In this document: piece by piece, positions 11,125-24,587 of the stretch
Position numbering within the stretch: the stretch's first letter is position 1
Layout: every line of letters begins with the position of its first letter
NCBI GenBank assembly: GCA_002633005.1
Contig: NMRA01000691.1
Location: 1-64,000, forward strand
Origin: Phoronis australis
Taxonomy: Eukaryota > Animalia > Phoronida
Reading direction: 5' to 3'
Length of the DNA stretch: 64,000 bases
Translations under genes and position numbers: made by a program
The notes under the pieces: generated by a model
What the model saw: the letters and a program-made list of their open reading frames with translations, nothing else
The model's database searches: none
What the model was told of the DNA's origin: nothing

Positions 11125-12038
11125 AATTTGTCGCTTTGAAACTGCATTCCCCTCACGTGCATCTACAAAGATGGCCACTTGGAGAAAAATTGACTCCGAC
11201 TAATGGTATGCGGTTGGCATCACATTGTGATGATCTTTTAAATATATGACAATCATACTAAATGCCATTCTGAGCAATACGTACATGGATAACATGCACT
11301 TCATATACACCAATTTCCAGTTTCGTCACCAAGTCTCTTGACAGTGAACCTCGGGGCAAAACACATGTAGACGTCCCTTGAATCCCAGTTAGCTGTACGG
11401 TTTAGGTATTTCAAATCATCTCAGTTTTACGTGTTTTTTTAGTTCTAGTCCAATATGGTGAAATGTTGCGTAGCATATAACTGCACAAATCGTTGGGAAA
11501 AAATGATTGACGGAAAACAAGTTTTTCTAGTTTCCCATCGGAGAAGAAGCGACCACTTCAACGGGAGGCAGGGTTAGCCGCCATTCGGAGACGGGATTTC
11601 CAACCAGGGAAATACGATCAAGTTTGCAGTGTTCGTTTTCTCACATGTATATCATACTTACAAATGAATGTGTGTAGTCGTAAACGCTTTACAGGAGTGT
11701 ATTCCATTGACTTAGCCTGACGGCATTAACGTAGAAATCACAAATCGGTGTCACTCGTCGATCAGTGGACGTTCGTTGTTATGGGTGACAAAGTACATGG
11801 ACATTGTTTTGCAGTGTACCTGATGGATTAGTGCTGTGCTACTCCGATATGGATGACGCATCCTTCCTTACTTTGACATCTTTTTCTCTTTGTGAATGTT
11901 TTGTACAAATTTCTGGCTTTGCCAGCACCGGGGGTTAACCTACTTTACTTGTTGACGTAACTCCACGACACTCGTTTAATTATCTCAACATTTCCTTGAT
12001 TTTCGTTCTTTACAAGTCCTTTCTGATCGATTTAAGGT

Positions 12039-12122
12039 TCACACACACGCACACGCACACACACACACAAACACACACAAACACACACACACACAAACNA
12101 CACACACACACACACACACACA
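12039..12122. repeat. (CA)n microsatellite containing an N at 12099
   Basis: Visible directly. Confidence 0.95.
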
Positions 12123-13779
12123 CTAGTGACCATGTCTGTGTTTGCACGCATGCAAGGACCATTGTGATTTCGGAAGCACTTCATTTTTCAAACTGTTTTC
12201 AGGCCAATAAATAGTTCCCGCATTAACTTATCAATACTGACGCTAGAAGTCTAGCAAGCGACATTCAAGGAAGATACATGCTTTCCTAAGCACTCGTCAG
12301 GCTCTTTCCCTCGTAAGCTGATGGATTCTGTTCTCAATACAGTGAGTGTGAAAGGGCAACGCCGCACATTCAATATTCCGAGAAGGGGCAACTAATATGG
12401 TAGCAAGTGTAAACTTCCCCAGCCCTTTATGTACTCAGTGAAGACCAAATACCATTTACCTGAAGATTATGTAACCTGCTGAACCTTTAGAAAAGCTATT
12501 ATGTATTAAGCTGACTGTGACTATGCCTCTTTGCCATTGAGATTGCCCCATTCTTATAGAGTGTATTGTACTGAAACAATATGATCACTCCAAGGAGATC
12601 CAGGTTTCGCCGCTGAATAACAAGCATTGGGGTATGAACCGCAGGCTTTTATCTTGACTTTTTCTCTTTGCGTTGAAATTATTTTTTGTGGGAATTAAAT
12701 GTGTATGTGATTCAAGCTTTCCAGATAATCAGTGGATCGATTTCCAATATCTTTTTACAAGTTTCTATCGTAATTATAAGAACTGAAAATAATTTAATAG
12801 GTCTCTCTGTGGCAAATCGAGAATAAGCTTCTGTCACTCACACTGCAAATATTGCATCATTATCTTTATTGCTTTAGTTTTAAAACTATATTTTGTTGCA
12901 TGTAATTGCCTTCATTGCTAAGAATTCCCTGCCACTCTCAGCTGCACCAAAGTTACTGGATCAAGTAAAGTGCATATTACAAAATTGTGTACGCTATGAT
13001 TTACATTCTGGTGGTATTGTTTCATTGGCATAGCACTGGCAAAAATGTTATGATGTATTACGTTATTAAGTTTTTGAACTTTTATTAAGTTATTACAATT
13101 TTTCAGTCGTAGATGTATGTTAAGTGATGTGATGACATCTGGTTTACATAACCTGATTCTGTGCATTATGATCTATATCTTGAAAGTAATGATGTATTAT
13201 GTTTTGATGTTTTGGATCTTTTAAGTGAAAAAACTTTGTCTGTCATAGTTGAAAGAACATCTCTATCAGTTGTATAACATGTTATTTTATAGACATTCCA
13301 TGCATAATACATGTTCACATTGTGATCTACACCTTGTGTCCAAATTATTGTTGTTGAAATAGATTTCAGGTACTGTTTGGTGATGTTTGCAATACCCCCA
13401 ATCCCCCCAGTTTAAGATGAGTGCGTTTTGCCAACAGTACACAATCACAGGGCACCTTGTGCTAATGTTTACTTTCGATCTGTTAAGGTATGGTTGTTTG
13501 GATTTCAATGTGTATTTCGGGGCATTGAAAATTTTCCTATTCTTTGTCATGTGTCATTCTAAGCCCTGGATCGTGTGTAATCTGGCAACAAGCTTCGGTC
13601 TACCAAGGCTACACAATTTTGATTGCATTCAACATTAGCACTGCCATCGCTCATCCACTGCTTTGTTTTCATGTGGGTTGTTTTGATGGCTTCGAAAATT
13701 CATGAACAATTCCGTACTTTAAGTCCAAAGTCTGCCATGCCGGCATGTAGAAACCAATCAACGACAAGTATTGAAATAT

Positions 13780-14230
13780 ACCGTAAAATACGGGAAAGTA
13801 GAACCAATCCGTATAAAACGGTATAGGTATTTCACGTTGGTGTGCTCTTTCCTGGTGGGAAAATTTGCGTGTTCATGTACAACGCCATATTTGATTCAAC
13901 TCGTTTATTTAGGTTACCTGAAATATTGATCCCAACCGTCGTTCGTGAAAAAAAAAGTTATACTGCTCTCAAAAGGACTAACTGATGAAAATTTCGACGC
14001 ACGGTGATCAGGCGGCTATTTTGAGGCCTCGATAGTTTCTATAGGGGTCATCATAAAAAGGGCAATTGCCAGCCTCCCCAACAAAATCAGCCAAAAAATT
14101 CATTCAAATCCAATGGAAACGTTTTGTTATGGCTGTACACAATATAGCTACACTTAGAACTAAGACGTTTACAGGAAATAGCCACCGCCGGTATGTATTT
14201 TCACTGACATAGTCGTCTACTCACGCAGCA
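13780..14230. repeat. Interspersed repeat, third copy of the family at 20340-21080 and 21797-22495
   Basis: Shares cgacgcacggtgatcaggcggctatttt and atttcacgttggtg with the ~21.8-22.2 kb copy, and tacgggaaagtaga.ccaatccgtat with the reverse complement of ~21040-21075. Confidence 0.8.
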
Positions 14231-14584
14231 TTTTATTTAATGTTTATTATGAAATATTCAGTACAAAAAATATACAGACCCAGAAAGCACCAAGAGGCAT
14301 TTTATCGGGGCTAAATAAATGATATATATATATATATGTATGTGTATGTGTATGTATATATATATATCATATAATATAAATATTCAAGTATACACACATT
14401 CACAAATTAATAAACTTTTAGGATTACCATGACACATGATTACGAATATTAATAAATTATTTCCATACACAATGACTTATTTAACATCTANCATTTTATT
14501 TAATGTTTATTATGAAATATTCAGTACAAAATATATACAGACCCAGAAAGCACCAAGAGGCATTTTATCGGGGCTAAATAAATG

Positions 14585-14622
<38 letters not shown>

Positions 14623-14625
14623 GTA

Positions 14626-14670
<45 letters not shown>

Positions 14671-14857
14671 TATAATATAAATATTCAAGTATACACACAT
14701 GGTCATTAGTAAAACCGCCAAAATACCTTTGTATTCATATCTTACGAACCGCGACTAATGGTGAAAAAATCAACACAAAGATTTCCTCGTATGACCTCTC
14801 CGGCTACAAAATAAAAGCAGTCATTGATTACAGAACACAATGACTTATTTAACATTT
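14229..14857. repeat. Duplicated segment across an N at 14491, with (TA)n microsatellites
   Basis: 14229-14400 is repeated from 14492 with a longer TA tract. Confidence 0.85.
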
Positions 14858-14989
14858 ATACGATTTTAACGACTCGCACAAAGGGATGCAATACTAAAAA
14901 GAAATTTTGATACTATTTGGAGTAGAACCTTATCTTCAATTAAGTCGAGTACCTTATTCTCATTTAAGTCGAGTTCTTCGTATTCAAAA

Positions 14990-15420
14990 AATTGTTATAC
15001 ATTTGAGGAAGATCTGAAATTTTTGCAAACCTTCAGGGTATTGTTCGAGTGTCTGAAAAACTTGTGCCCTCTGCTCCCTGCATACCGCACAAGAAAAGAA
15101 AATATTAGCATTTGTCTGAGTGTCTCCAAAGGAACACAGAGGCGAAATATTATTAAAATTATGTCTTAATTTGTCTCTGTTTAGAAATAGTCCGCATCTT
15201 GATCTCTACAGGATTATTTCATGGTTGCGAGGAAGTTGGAGTGATTTCAATGGGACTAGCAAGTCTTGTGTAGTAAATTCGCCTATGGAATTGTCCATTT
15301 GCACCATTAAGACATTTAAATTAGGCCTACCTTCTTATGAACTTCGCATTTTGTTTGAAGTTTCATTACATAAAGGTAGCTTTCATTTAATTTTGAAGGA
15401 AGCATGATCACTAAGTCGTG
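14990..15420 (-). mobile_element. LINE ORF2 C-terminal remnant (CR1/L2-group-like)
   Basis: Minus-strand reading EIIL*RSRCGLFLNRDKLRHNFNNISPLCSFGDTQTNANIFFSCAVCREQR resembles the RLRxG..LN..SPxCxCG..ET..HxFFxC tail. Confidence 0.55.
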
Positions 15421-16684
15421 GTATGGTTACAAAAGATTACAAGTCTGGTGTGGTAGTTGCAAAAATAGGGTATTTACAAAAAATAACTCAAATTCTTTTT
15501 TAAAGCTTCATAAATCTACATATCATGTTTGAACAACTCCAAAATGAGCTCTCTCTAACTCTACACCCATAGTGTATACTAGAGGTACACGTCAAAAAGT
15601 AATTAACAGTTTATTTTTAGTGACAACAGCTCGACCATTGCTGTGAGTTCCGGCAGTAATCCAGTGCCCTTCCCTGTGCCGATCGAATCTCTGAATTTTG
15701 ACCGGGAGAGAAGTTCGGTTGAACGCCAGCTTACGGTTTATGAATATCAAAAATGTACCTCTGACACGAAACAAAATAATTTCCATTAGGTTGAAATAAA
15801 TAAAAAAAACATAAAATAAAAATGTCCTTGAAAACAACAATTTCCGGGGACTACCGCTTGAGTGCTGAGATCCAGCAGGTGCCGAGACAAAGGCGGCCAG
15901 ACGTACATGTAGCCAACTCGGCAGTCAAAATCTGAGATAGCCCTGCACCATAGCCACCAAGCTGAAAAGTGCGTATCTTGGAACTAATATAATTTGTGTT
16001 TATTATAGCCTTTGAGTTATCATGCAATATCGCTAAGTTCAGCTGCTCGTGTGGCCGTACAGTTTGATCCATAGTTTACGCTTTTCAACATAATTTTTCA
16101 GCTTAGTACATGCCAAAAAATGACGGGATATTATTCTGGAGCAGCATAACTGCTGTCGGTGCTACACACGTCATATCAACACCGTTTCCCCATTCTTAGC
16201 GGACAATTTCTTGAGCTATAGACTAAAGTAAGTTTTACTCGACTGCGTGTGGTTTGTCGGGTAAAATGGCGGCTTGGAGACGCAGACGAAGGTGTGCCAA
16301 GAATGCTGCGTTCTGATTGGTCAATTAAGCCGTCCGTCATAATCTTGGCGATAGGTCAATTTGCTCCATAGGTATGTTTTAGCATACGCACGCTGACTGC
16401 ATTGCATGTCGGCAATTCAAAACCGTGAACTCGATTCGTGGGTGATAACACGCACTTGAATATTTTTGGACGAGGCGGAGGAGGGTGCCACAGAAAAAAT
16501 TGGTTTGGTCATGTCTGGGGTTGTTTTGAATACTGATATTGTATGTAGTGTAAGGATTACGGTGGTTTTTTTTAGCTCAACCCAAATTAATAGGTGCAGT
16601 GTGTGATTGATAACCCGTAGATTGCCCGAGAACCAAAATATGCCACTTGAACGAATTTAATTCAGCTGACATTGTTTTATCTAG

Positions 16685-18860
16685 ATTTCCTTATAAAGAC
16701 AAGTCCTCCAAACGGTTTAAGAACTAGGTCGCTGTGTGCAGGACGGCGAACGCTTCACCAAATCCACAGTCTCCACTGTGCAGCAGCTATTTTGAAGATC
16801 AGTGCCTCGACAAAACTGAACAGCTTGTGAGGTTTAGCCCTGGAGCATGTTCTTCAAAAATTGATCTGCGTCCTAGTTTCCAGGTATAGTCTGTGTAAGG
16901 CCATTGATACCGTTTTGAAAATACGTCTGCTTTAGGTAAATAGCTACCCGAGAATAGCCTAATCAAATGTCAAAAATAATGTTGTGGCATGCAACCATAG
17001 TTTTTCGATGCCCAGGGGGGTTTTCATGAGTGATTAGACTTTTAAAGTTTCTCCCTTTTTCAGCATTAGAGTAGTTACCAATATGAGCAGATACTGTTCC
17101 TTTGTGAACATCTCCCATGGCAAACCTATAATTCTACATTACTCCCAAACTCCATCATGCCCATACATTTTACAGATCAATGTGTGTCTTGGACTCGTTG
17201 AGGACCTACTCCCTTCACAGAGTTTCTTACTGACCTACAAGCTGTCACAAGACAATCTGGAGCTTTTCTTCAACGCCATGAGGCGACCAAGTTAGTATTT
17301 TAGGTTATGTAGCAGGTTGAGTAGTGGTTTGGTGTATTTGAGAATTGCCTTGTGGATGTATGTTGCTCAGATATGTTAACCATAATTTGTTCATGTGACC
17401 AGAATTTTTTTTCCTCTTTGATAACTTAGTATAGAAAATCTAGAAATCTTAAGAAAAGTAAACATTTTCAAAAGATTAGTGTCTGTTAAGTGCATCTGAA
17501 AAATATCAACCTGCTCCTAGGCCTACTTTGTTTTCTGTTCTGGGTTTGAAACTAAACAAGAGTTCGTTCATTATCAAAAACAGTTCCTTTGGCCAATTTT
17601 GACGACAAATTGTGCTATAATTGCATTTTGTGACAGCCAGCTGCGCAAGCTAGCCCACTTTTCATTTGTTCATAATAGAAGCCACTATTCAAGGAGTGTT
17701 GAAAGTCAGATAGCGATGGCTTGTTGAGCAGGTCTACCTATCAGGTTGACTATAATATGTTGACATACAGTGCATAAAGTATAATACTGATAAAATTTCT
17801 GACTTTCATAATCTGCTTTTAGGTGGCTGGAATAACAACAATCTACGAAAACCCTTCAAGGCACATTTTGAAAAACAATGTCACGTTGTGGCCCCCGGGG
17901 CCCAGCAGGTAAATGTTTCTTTTTGATGTATCATTGAAATCATTTAACAAGAAATTATTAATGCGGTATTTTGGAAATAAATGTTTGTCGTCTACTTACT
18001 TCTTAGCAACTTTTGTCAACATCCTTTACCGTGTGAAAACAGAAAGTCATACCTTTGGCTAGGTACAAACTGTATCTACGGATTTTGAAAATGTGAGTGT
18101 AGTTTTTCGAGTTAAATGTGTCATATGTTTCAAAAACCTGAATTTGGGTTCTAAATGTCACATTTGTGACAGATTCCAGTAATTATACTAATTCTAAATG
18201 TGTAACTTGACAACTCCAACAACATTTCCAGGTGTCATCAACCGGTAACTGTTAATTCTGTCATATACTGGACGATACGGAACTGATCCAGCTCGCAGTA
18301 CCTACATACCAGCCACAAACAGGAGCCACACGAACGAGGGCTACGACTTTTCATCAAGCTTAGGTTCTGTAATCGAAAACACAGAGTCCATGTTGCTTGG
18401 TCGGCCGTGAGACAATTATTCGAATTTCTTATACGTGTTACGTGCGGAGACTCTATTGTAAGCAATGCACCATCACCTACTTACAAAAACACCTGCACCT
18501 TATAACATTTAAAACAGAAAATAGGCCTTGTGATGCCATCAGAAAGGTGTATTAAAGTTATTATGCCCAGTGAAAAACCCTTAGGTCACATGACGTGGCC
18601 GAGTGACTATGGTCAATACCGATGTAAGTTGTTTGAAGCTGCAATGAAGTTGTTTGAAGTTGTGTGCTGATGTTGCTTTAGTGTTTTCCTGAACGATACA
18701 TCATAGTGCAGATAATCACGTGTTTTCCCTAGTAAAAGCCATTGTTAAAGTCTATTGTGACTTAAAAATCCATCACATCACGAAACTGTATAATCTGAAA
18801 CAGTGTGGAAATTTTTTGAGACTTGTGTACAATAAAGCTGTCCTGTTTCAAGGCCAGCAG
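16685..18860 (+). pseudogene. Spliced, internally deleted P-element/THAP9-like transposase remnant
   Basis: Exon 16685-16883 is THAP-like (FPYKD..KN*VAVCR..LCSSYFEDQCLDKTEQLVRFSPGA). Exon from 17176 reads FLLTYKLSQDNLELFFNAMRR. Exon from 17823 reads GWNNN. The C-terminal block reads GLVMPS..CIKV and HVFSLVKAIVKVYCDLKIHHITK..NKAVLFQGQ. AG/GT boundaries are visible, along with stops and frameshifts. Confidence 0.85.
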
Positions 18861-19385
18861 TTGGTACGTGGGCCTACAGTAAAGTCTCACCAATGTCGGG
18901 TGAGAACATTGCCAAGTAAGAGGCCCAATGTTTTTGTTTATACACCAAATACTTCTGTGCTTTGATATTGATATGATAGTGAAACATTTTTGTAACCAGG
19001 ATAGTCTGGAAATTGAAAGTTTGTATGTAATGTTGTAAACGTTCTAAACAAGGTGTACTGCACATTACTGTATGTGATTGTCTGATGAACAACATCCCTC
19101 TGCTTTCGGTTTTTCTCTTTTGAACCAACCCATTGCTTTGATCTATAGACACGGAGTTGTGGTTTTTCATGTGATTAAATTGTGGACCTAATGGATTACC
19201 GTGATTACTTTGCATACAATTCATAGCTAAAGAGTTGCAGAATCAAAGTTTACTCGATTAATTGTAGTACTTGAGAGCAACCTTTGACAGTTGTTGTTTA
19301 TCAGGTGAGTGTTGAGAATTGTTGACTAATGTGTAGTGTACTGATGATACTGTGAGTTTTAATCGTGCATAGCCATCACCGTTAC

Positions 19386-19930
19386 TTTTTATTGACATTC
19401 TATGGGACTTGAGCAAAACGTCTGACAGTTGGTAATGTGTTTTATTGATGATCAGATGTCTGTGATGTTGACCAACTCACGCGTGCTCCCAGGGAAGGGG
19501 CTCAAACTAGCTCCCCCATTGGGCGTAGTGGTCAAAGAGGTCAGCCTCAGAGAAACAAAAAACTCAAAAAAGTAGAAAACGACACAAAGATCCACTAAAA
19601 AGGCAGGAACTACGAAAATTCGGCAAATGCACAATTCATAGCTCTGAACCTACCCCGTTAATTTTAGTAAAAGGTCACATTCTAAAAAATTCGAGCTTCC
19701 CCATTTTTAGGCTGGGTGGCTCGCATGCAACTTGCCGTCGTTGATACTTTTGATTGACAGTCAATGGGTCGTGAGCAAAACGCCAGACAGTTGTCATTGT
19801 GTCTATTGATGATAAGTTGTCTGTGTTGTTAACCAACTTGCCGTCGTCGTTTGTTTTATCGAAAGTCTATGGGTCTTGATCAAAACGTCTGACAGATGTT
19901 ATTGCGTTGATCAGATGTTTGTGATGTTTG
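19386..19930. repeat. ~105-bp tandem repeat (3 clear units) interrupted by a 250-bp insertion
   Basis: Units contain ctatggg.cttgagcaaaacgtctgacag..gatcagatgtctgtgatgtt at ~19386, ~19748 and ~19853. Confidence 0.8.
19478..19727. mobile_element. MITE-like insertion, 250 bp, with CAACT direct repeats at both ends
   Basis: CAACT at 19473-19477 and 19728-19732. Ends are CACGCGTGCTCCCAG and reverse-complemented CATGCGAGCCACCCAG. The neighbouring repeat unit shows the empty site ...ccaacttgccgtcg. Confidence 0.7.
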
Positions 19931-20339
19931 CGTTTTGTTAAAAATAACATTTGCTCAAGGAGCTGAAACAATGCATGGCTGAACCGCTTAAATTATGTTT
20001 CCGTATCTAGAAACCTAGTTGGGATTCCGAGCCACCGAGTTCATGCGGTGCAGACAAGTTGAGTTTTTTGGCCTTTGCCATTGAGTCATTTAGGCCAGCC
20101 ATTGGGTTTTTTGGTTCGGCTATGGAGTTTAGTGGTCCTGCCATTATGTTTTTTATGTTCCAACACTGTAGTTTAAATGGTTCGACATTGCGACGGTGCG
20201 TTTCTACCTCAGAATTGTTGATTGAGACCATATAAGATCAATAAAAAATAATTATTAACCAGCAAATGATACTGTTTGTTTACTGTGCATAAGTAAATAT
20301 AAATGTGGTATTCGATGACAACCGTATGTGTTTTCGCTT

Positions 20340-22495
20340 GTACTGAAAACAATCCATTCGGGAATATAAAATTGTAACATTACCTGAACGAATTGTGCAG
20401 CTTAGATGAATGTCTTAGCTTTTTTGGTCTATTTTCGTGTCTTAGCTTCTGGACTGTAAATAGTAATAGAAACATTTCCCCGTGTTGATCACAGAATTGG
20501 AAAATAACGGTGGAAACTGTGCTGATTTGCTGAACTTAAGGTAAGGACTGCATCGCAAAAGCAGATTTTACGCTACGGCCGGCAGCGACGGAGAGTTGAA
20601 CGCTGCGAGCAGACGATTGGCTCAGAAAAACACATACTCGTTATTATATCTTAATTTCTCGTAAAGACCTTAGCTCTCAGTGTAGGTAGTGTAGGCATCC
20701 ATAACGAAACATTTTCGTTGGATTTGAGTTAGATTTTTCCTGATTTTGCTGGCCAGTGACGCTACTTAATTTGACCTATTTACCTGCATGATGACCCAGT
20801 TTAAAACTTGAGCGAGGCCCAACGCCTGATCACCGTGCGTCGGAAATTTCATCGGTAATTTTTTTTAGAACAAAAAAAACCTCCTTTTTCAGGAGCAATG
20901 CCTAGGATTATTAATGATTTAGTTAACCATATGATTGAGCCCAATAAAATTTGGCGTTTGTGCACGCGCATTCACTCCACCAGCAAACTTCACACCAACC
21001 GTGAAACACGGCTTCTATCGTTGAATACAGCTTCTCCCGTGATATACGGATTGGCTCTACTTTCCCGTATATCACAGTTGATAACGTGACGTATACATGG
21101 TCCATATTTTCATATGTATTGGCTAAGAAGTAATATCCCACGAGACATTATTCCGCGTACCGATCGTGACGGAATCTACGCCAATCGAGGTACGTGTTGT
21201 ATTTATACCACACGCTTCGAATTCCTAAATTTCTTTCATTTTTTCGGCCACATTTTTTGAATACTTCACCCACACTGTTCACGTGACGGATCGCATCGTA
21301 CTTGCGCAATAGGTTTACAAGTTTTCGGTAGTAAAAGAAGCACATTTAAATGTAAAAATTTCTTGCTTGAAAAGAGATAACAAAATGAAAACAACGGCAA
21401 TTGTGCATTGAATTTGTAACATTTCCTGAAAATAGTTACATAACAACAATATTTGATATTGTAGTTACCGAGAAATAGGCGTCTGAGTTGTAGACGATAT
21501 AATATTTATCAATTGAAAACTGAGATAGAACTTGAAGTGTCCTATAATTAACAGTTTTGTACCAGATGTTAAGTTTGGGACTCGATTGCATGTGAGTGAT
21601 ATTTATGCAGCTGCAATTGTATTACTTTCAACTAAATTGTGAAAGTTTGATGATCGAAGGACGTCGAATCGACATTGACGTACCTTTCTAACTTTCATGT
21701 CAGAGCACTGTTGAAGTAGTGCGGGAGGTGAATACGTAAAACAATATCACATGGCCGAATTGCATTCAACTCATTCAACGTGTATGGGATAAAACGTTAG
21801 AAGCCGTATTTCACGTTGGTGAGCAGTCTCGTGGTGGAGAAAATTCGCGAGTGCAACGCCAAATTTGATTGAGCTCGTTCATTTCGGTTATCTCAAGCAT
21901 CAATATAAGGCGTCGTTTCTGAAAAAACAGCTTTACTGCTCTAAAAACAGAAAAGATTTTTCGATGAAAATTCCGACGCACGGTGATCAGGCGGCTATTT
22001 TTGGGCCTTGATGAAGTTTCAATCATGGTCGTCACAATAGGTCTCGGGCCAACAACTTGGCCAAAAATCTAATTCAGATCCAACGAACTTGACGTTTCGT
22101 TATGGATGCATACAGTAAAAGTAACCTGAGAGCAAATTAAAGTCTTTACAGGAAATTGGGCCCTAATATAGAGTCTGTGTATTTTTACTGAAAACGATCA
22201 TCTGCTCGCAGCGTTCAACACTCCGTCGCTGCGGTCGACTCGTAGCGTAAAATCTGCTTTTCATGACACATTCCTTACCTCAAGTTTTGGAAATCAGCAC
22301 AGCTTCTACCGTTATTTTCCAATGTTGTGATCAACACGGGGAAATGTTTCTATTACTGTTTACAGCCCAGAAGCTAAGACACGAAAATAGACCAAGAAAA
22401 CTAAGAAATTCATCGAAGCTAAAACAATACGCTGCTGCACAATTCTGTTCAGAGATTGTTTCAATTTTTATATTCCCGGATGGATTGTTTCTACG
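20340..22495. mobile_element. Large inverted repeat (~680-bp arms at 20340-21020 and 21797-22495), foldback or non-autonomous DNA element
   Basis: For example, tgtaaatagtaatagaaacatttccccgtgttgatcaca pairs with tgtgatcaacacggggaaatgtttctattactgtttaca, and gtgaaacacggcttcta pairs with tagaagccgtatttcac. Confidence 0.85.
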
Positions 22496-22759
22496 TTCCC
22501 GAAAATTGTTCAGTACTTTCTTCATCTTCCAGTTTTCAACAAACGATCGAAATACCGATTATTAAATGTTGGTACATGATAGAGATAAACTTAACTGTGC
22601 ATAACTGTGAAAATAACAACAAAGCAAAGTGCGGGTTAGTGCGAAGATAAGACAAGTTTTATTGTTTAGCGAGTAGGGCTGATGTTCGAGATGTGACCTG
22701 TGAACGTCTCTATTTCTGATGAGATGGCATGTTTTGGGAGTCTATTCCGGAGTTAATAA

Positions 22760-23820
22760 GTAGACGAGAAGAAAGAGTTTGCGTAGTATACAGTGGGAAT
22801 GTATGAGAGTGAGAATTGCGTGATCTAGAAGTATGTAGGGGTGGAAGGTATGTGTGGAGAATGTACACGATAAACAGTTTATTTTGAGCACGTCTTTCTT
22901 GAAGAGTGGGCCATTTGAGAGCGAAAAGCATAGACAAACAGAGGAGTATCTGGAGTGGTCCATTTCGGACGAACCTGGCTGCTCTGCGCTGTATTCTTTC
23001 TATTTTGTCAATATTGGAGCTACTGGAAGGATCCCAGACAGAGGAAGAATATTCAAATTTGGGCCTAACTAGTGAAGTCTAGGCCACGGTTTTGTTTCAC
23101 GGGGAGCATATTTGAGGTTGCGTTTAATGAAGCCAAGAGTTTTTTTGCCTTAGAAGTAATTGTGTCTAGGTGAGTATTCCATGGTAAATTATTGGTGAGA
23201 GTGACCCTAAGGTATGGGGCTTGATTTATGCATTTGAGCGATGCGTTGTGAAGACTGTAAGTTTTTGCTGAAATATTTGGCAATCATGGGGGGAAGCAAC
23301 TAGGTCTGTTGATGACTGCATCATCCGCAAAGAGACGGACATTTGAAAGAATGGAGTCTGGAAGGTCGTTAATGTAGAGGCTGAAGAGTGAAGGGCCAAT
23401 GACAGAGCCCTGGGGGCACTCTGTTGAATGAACAGGGAAGGAATTTGAGGACTCGCCACCGACGACGACTCTGTGTGTTCTATGAGATAGAAAGTACTCA
23501 TCCAATCGTGGTTGAGACCCTTACACCATAGTAGTCTTCTCCAAGAGTCTTGGATGAGATACCTTACACCATAGTAGTCTTCTCCAAGAGTCTTGGATGA
23601 GATACCTTACTAAATGCTTTGGAGAAGTTCAGCACCACGGTGTCGGTTTGAGTGCCTGCCTCCATAGTTTGGAGTAAGTCAGCTATGAATGTGACAAGTT
23701 GTGTTTCGCATGATCTACGGCTACGAAAACTATGTTGCCAGATGTAAAGTGTATTGTTTGTGTCATGATAAGGCATAATGTTACAACTATGTGCTCCATG
23801 AGTTTGGAGCATATGCAGTT
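22760..23820 (-). mobile_element. CR1/L2/Jockey-group LINE reverse transcriptase fragment (frameshifted)
   Basis: FRSRRSCETQL..VVLNFSKAF..VSHPRLL; PQGSVIGPSLFSLYINDLP..VRLFADD; YLRVTLTNNLPWNTHL; WPTLQERR. Confidence 0.92.
23519..23604. repeat. Perfect 43-bp tandem duplication inside the LINE RT
   Basis: ccttacaccatagtagtcttctccaagagtcttggatgagata occurs twice. Confidence 0.95.
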
Positions 23821-24587
23821 GAGTTTTTTTGTGTACTTCACAAACAAAAAATTATGATCAATTTATTATGAAATAAAACTATACTGGTTATTCAGCACTT
23901 TCACACATTGTCTTGTCGCTTAACCGGCTTGGGTACCGTACCTGGTATGCATATGACGTCATGTACAGCACAGCAAGCCGGAGCACACGGCACAAGGTAT
24001 TGCCACGATGATGCAAACAATTCCACATATGTAGCTGAAATGTTCGGTCTCGTTGGGACGTTCCCAGATGTATAAATGAAATCTCGATAGGATATGGCAG
24101 TAGTATTCCTACTGTATGTATGTGGGATAACCTATGCATATGTATACATAGACATACACATGGGAACATGCTATAAATAGCATTTGAATGAGTTAAAGAA
24201 CCGTACAAAATACTGCGAAGTACAACAATTTACTGCGTGGATTTCAGTGGAGATAAAAGCAGTGAGGAAACTAGTCTTGTTTTTCGTACTCCACGGTATG
24301 TAATGGCGAATTGAGTGACGTCAGCTCATAGATTCGTGACAAGTGTTTGTAAATGAAAAAGAATGATGACCAGAAGTATGGTGGGAAGAGAGAATGTAAA
24401 GTCACTTAATGTAAGTGCACGGCATTCGGACTGCTCTGAGCTGAGGCCCGGCCGATTTATAGCATTGGAAAGTCACTCTGAAGCAACGTGGCAGAAATTT
24501 GTGTGACGATTCATAGAGACATTTAAGGCAAGAGTAACACTAAAAAGATCATCGAAATGAAAACGGTTAAGCACTTTTAAAAAAATT

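Noticed and set aside
12240-12880. Possible very old minus-strand LINE RT remnant
   Set aside because: Only faint motif hints; it cannot be supported without a profile search.
15567-15590. CATAGTGTATACTAGAGG as the P-element left TIR
   Set aside because: No reverse-complement partner was found downstream of the transposase remnant.
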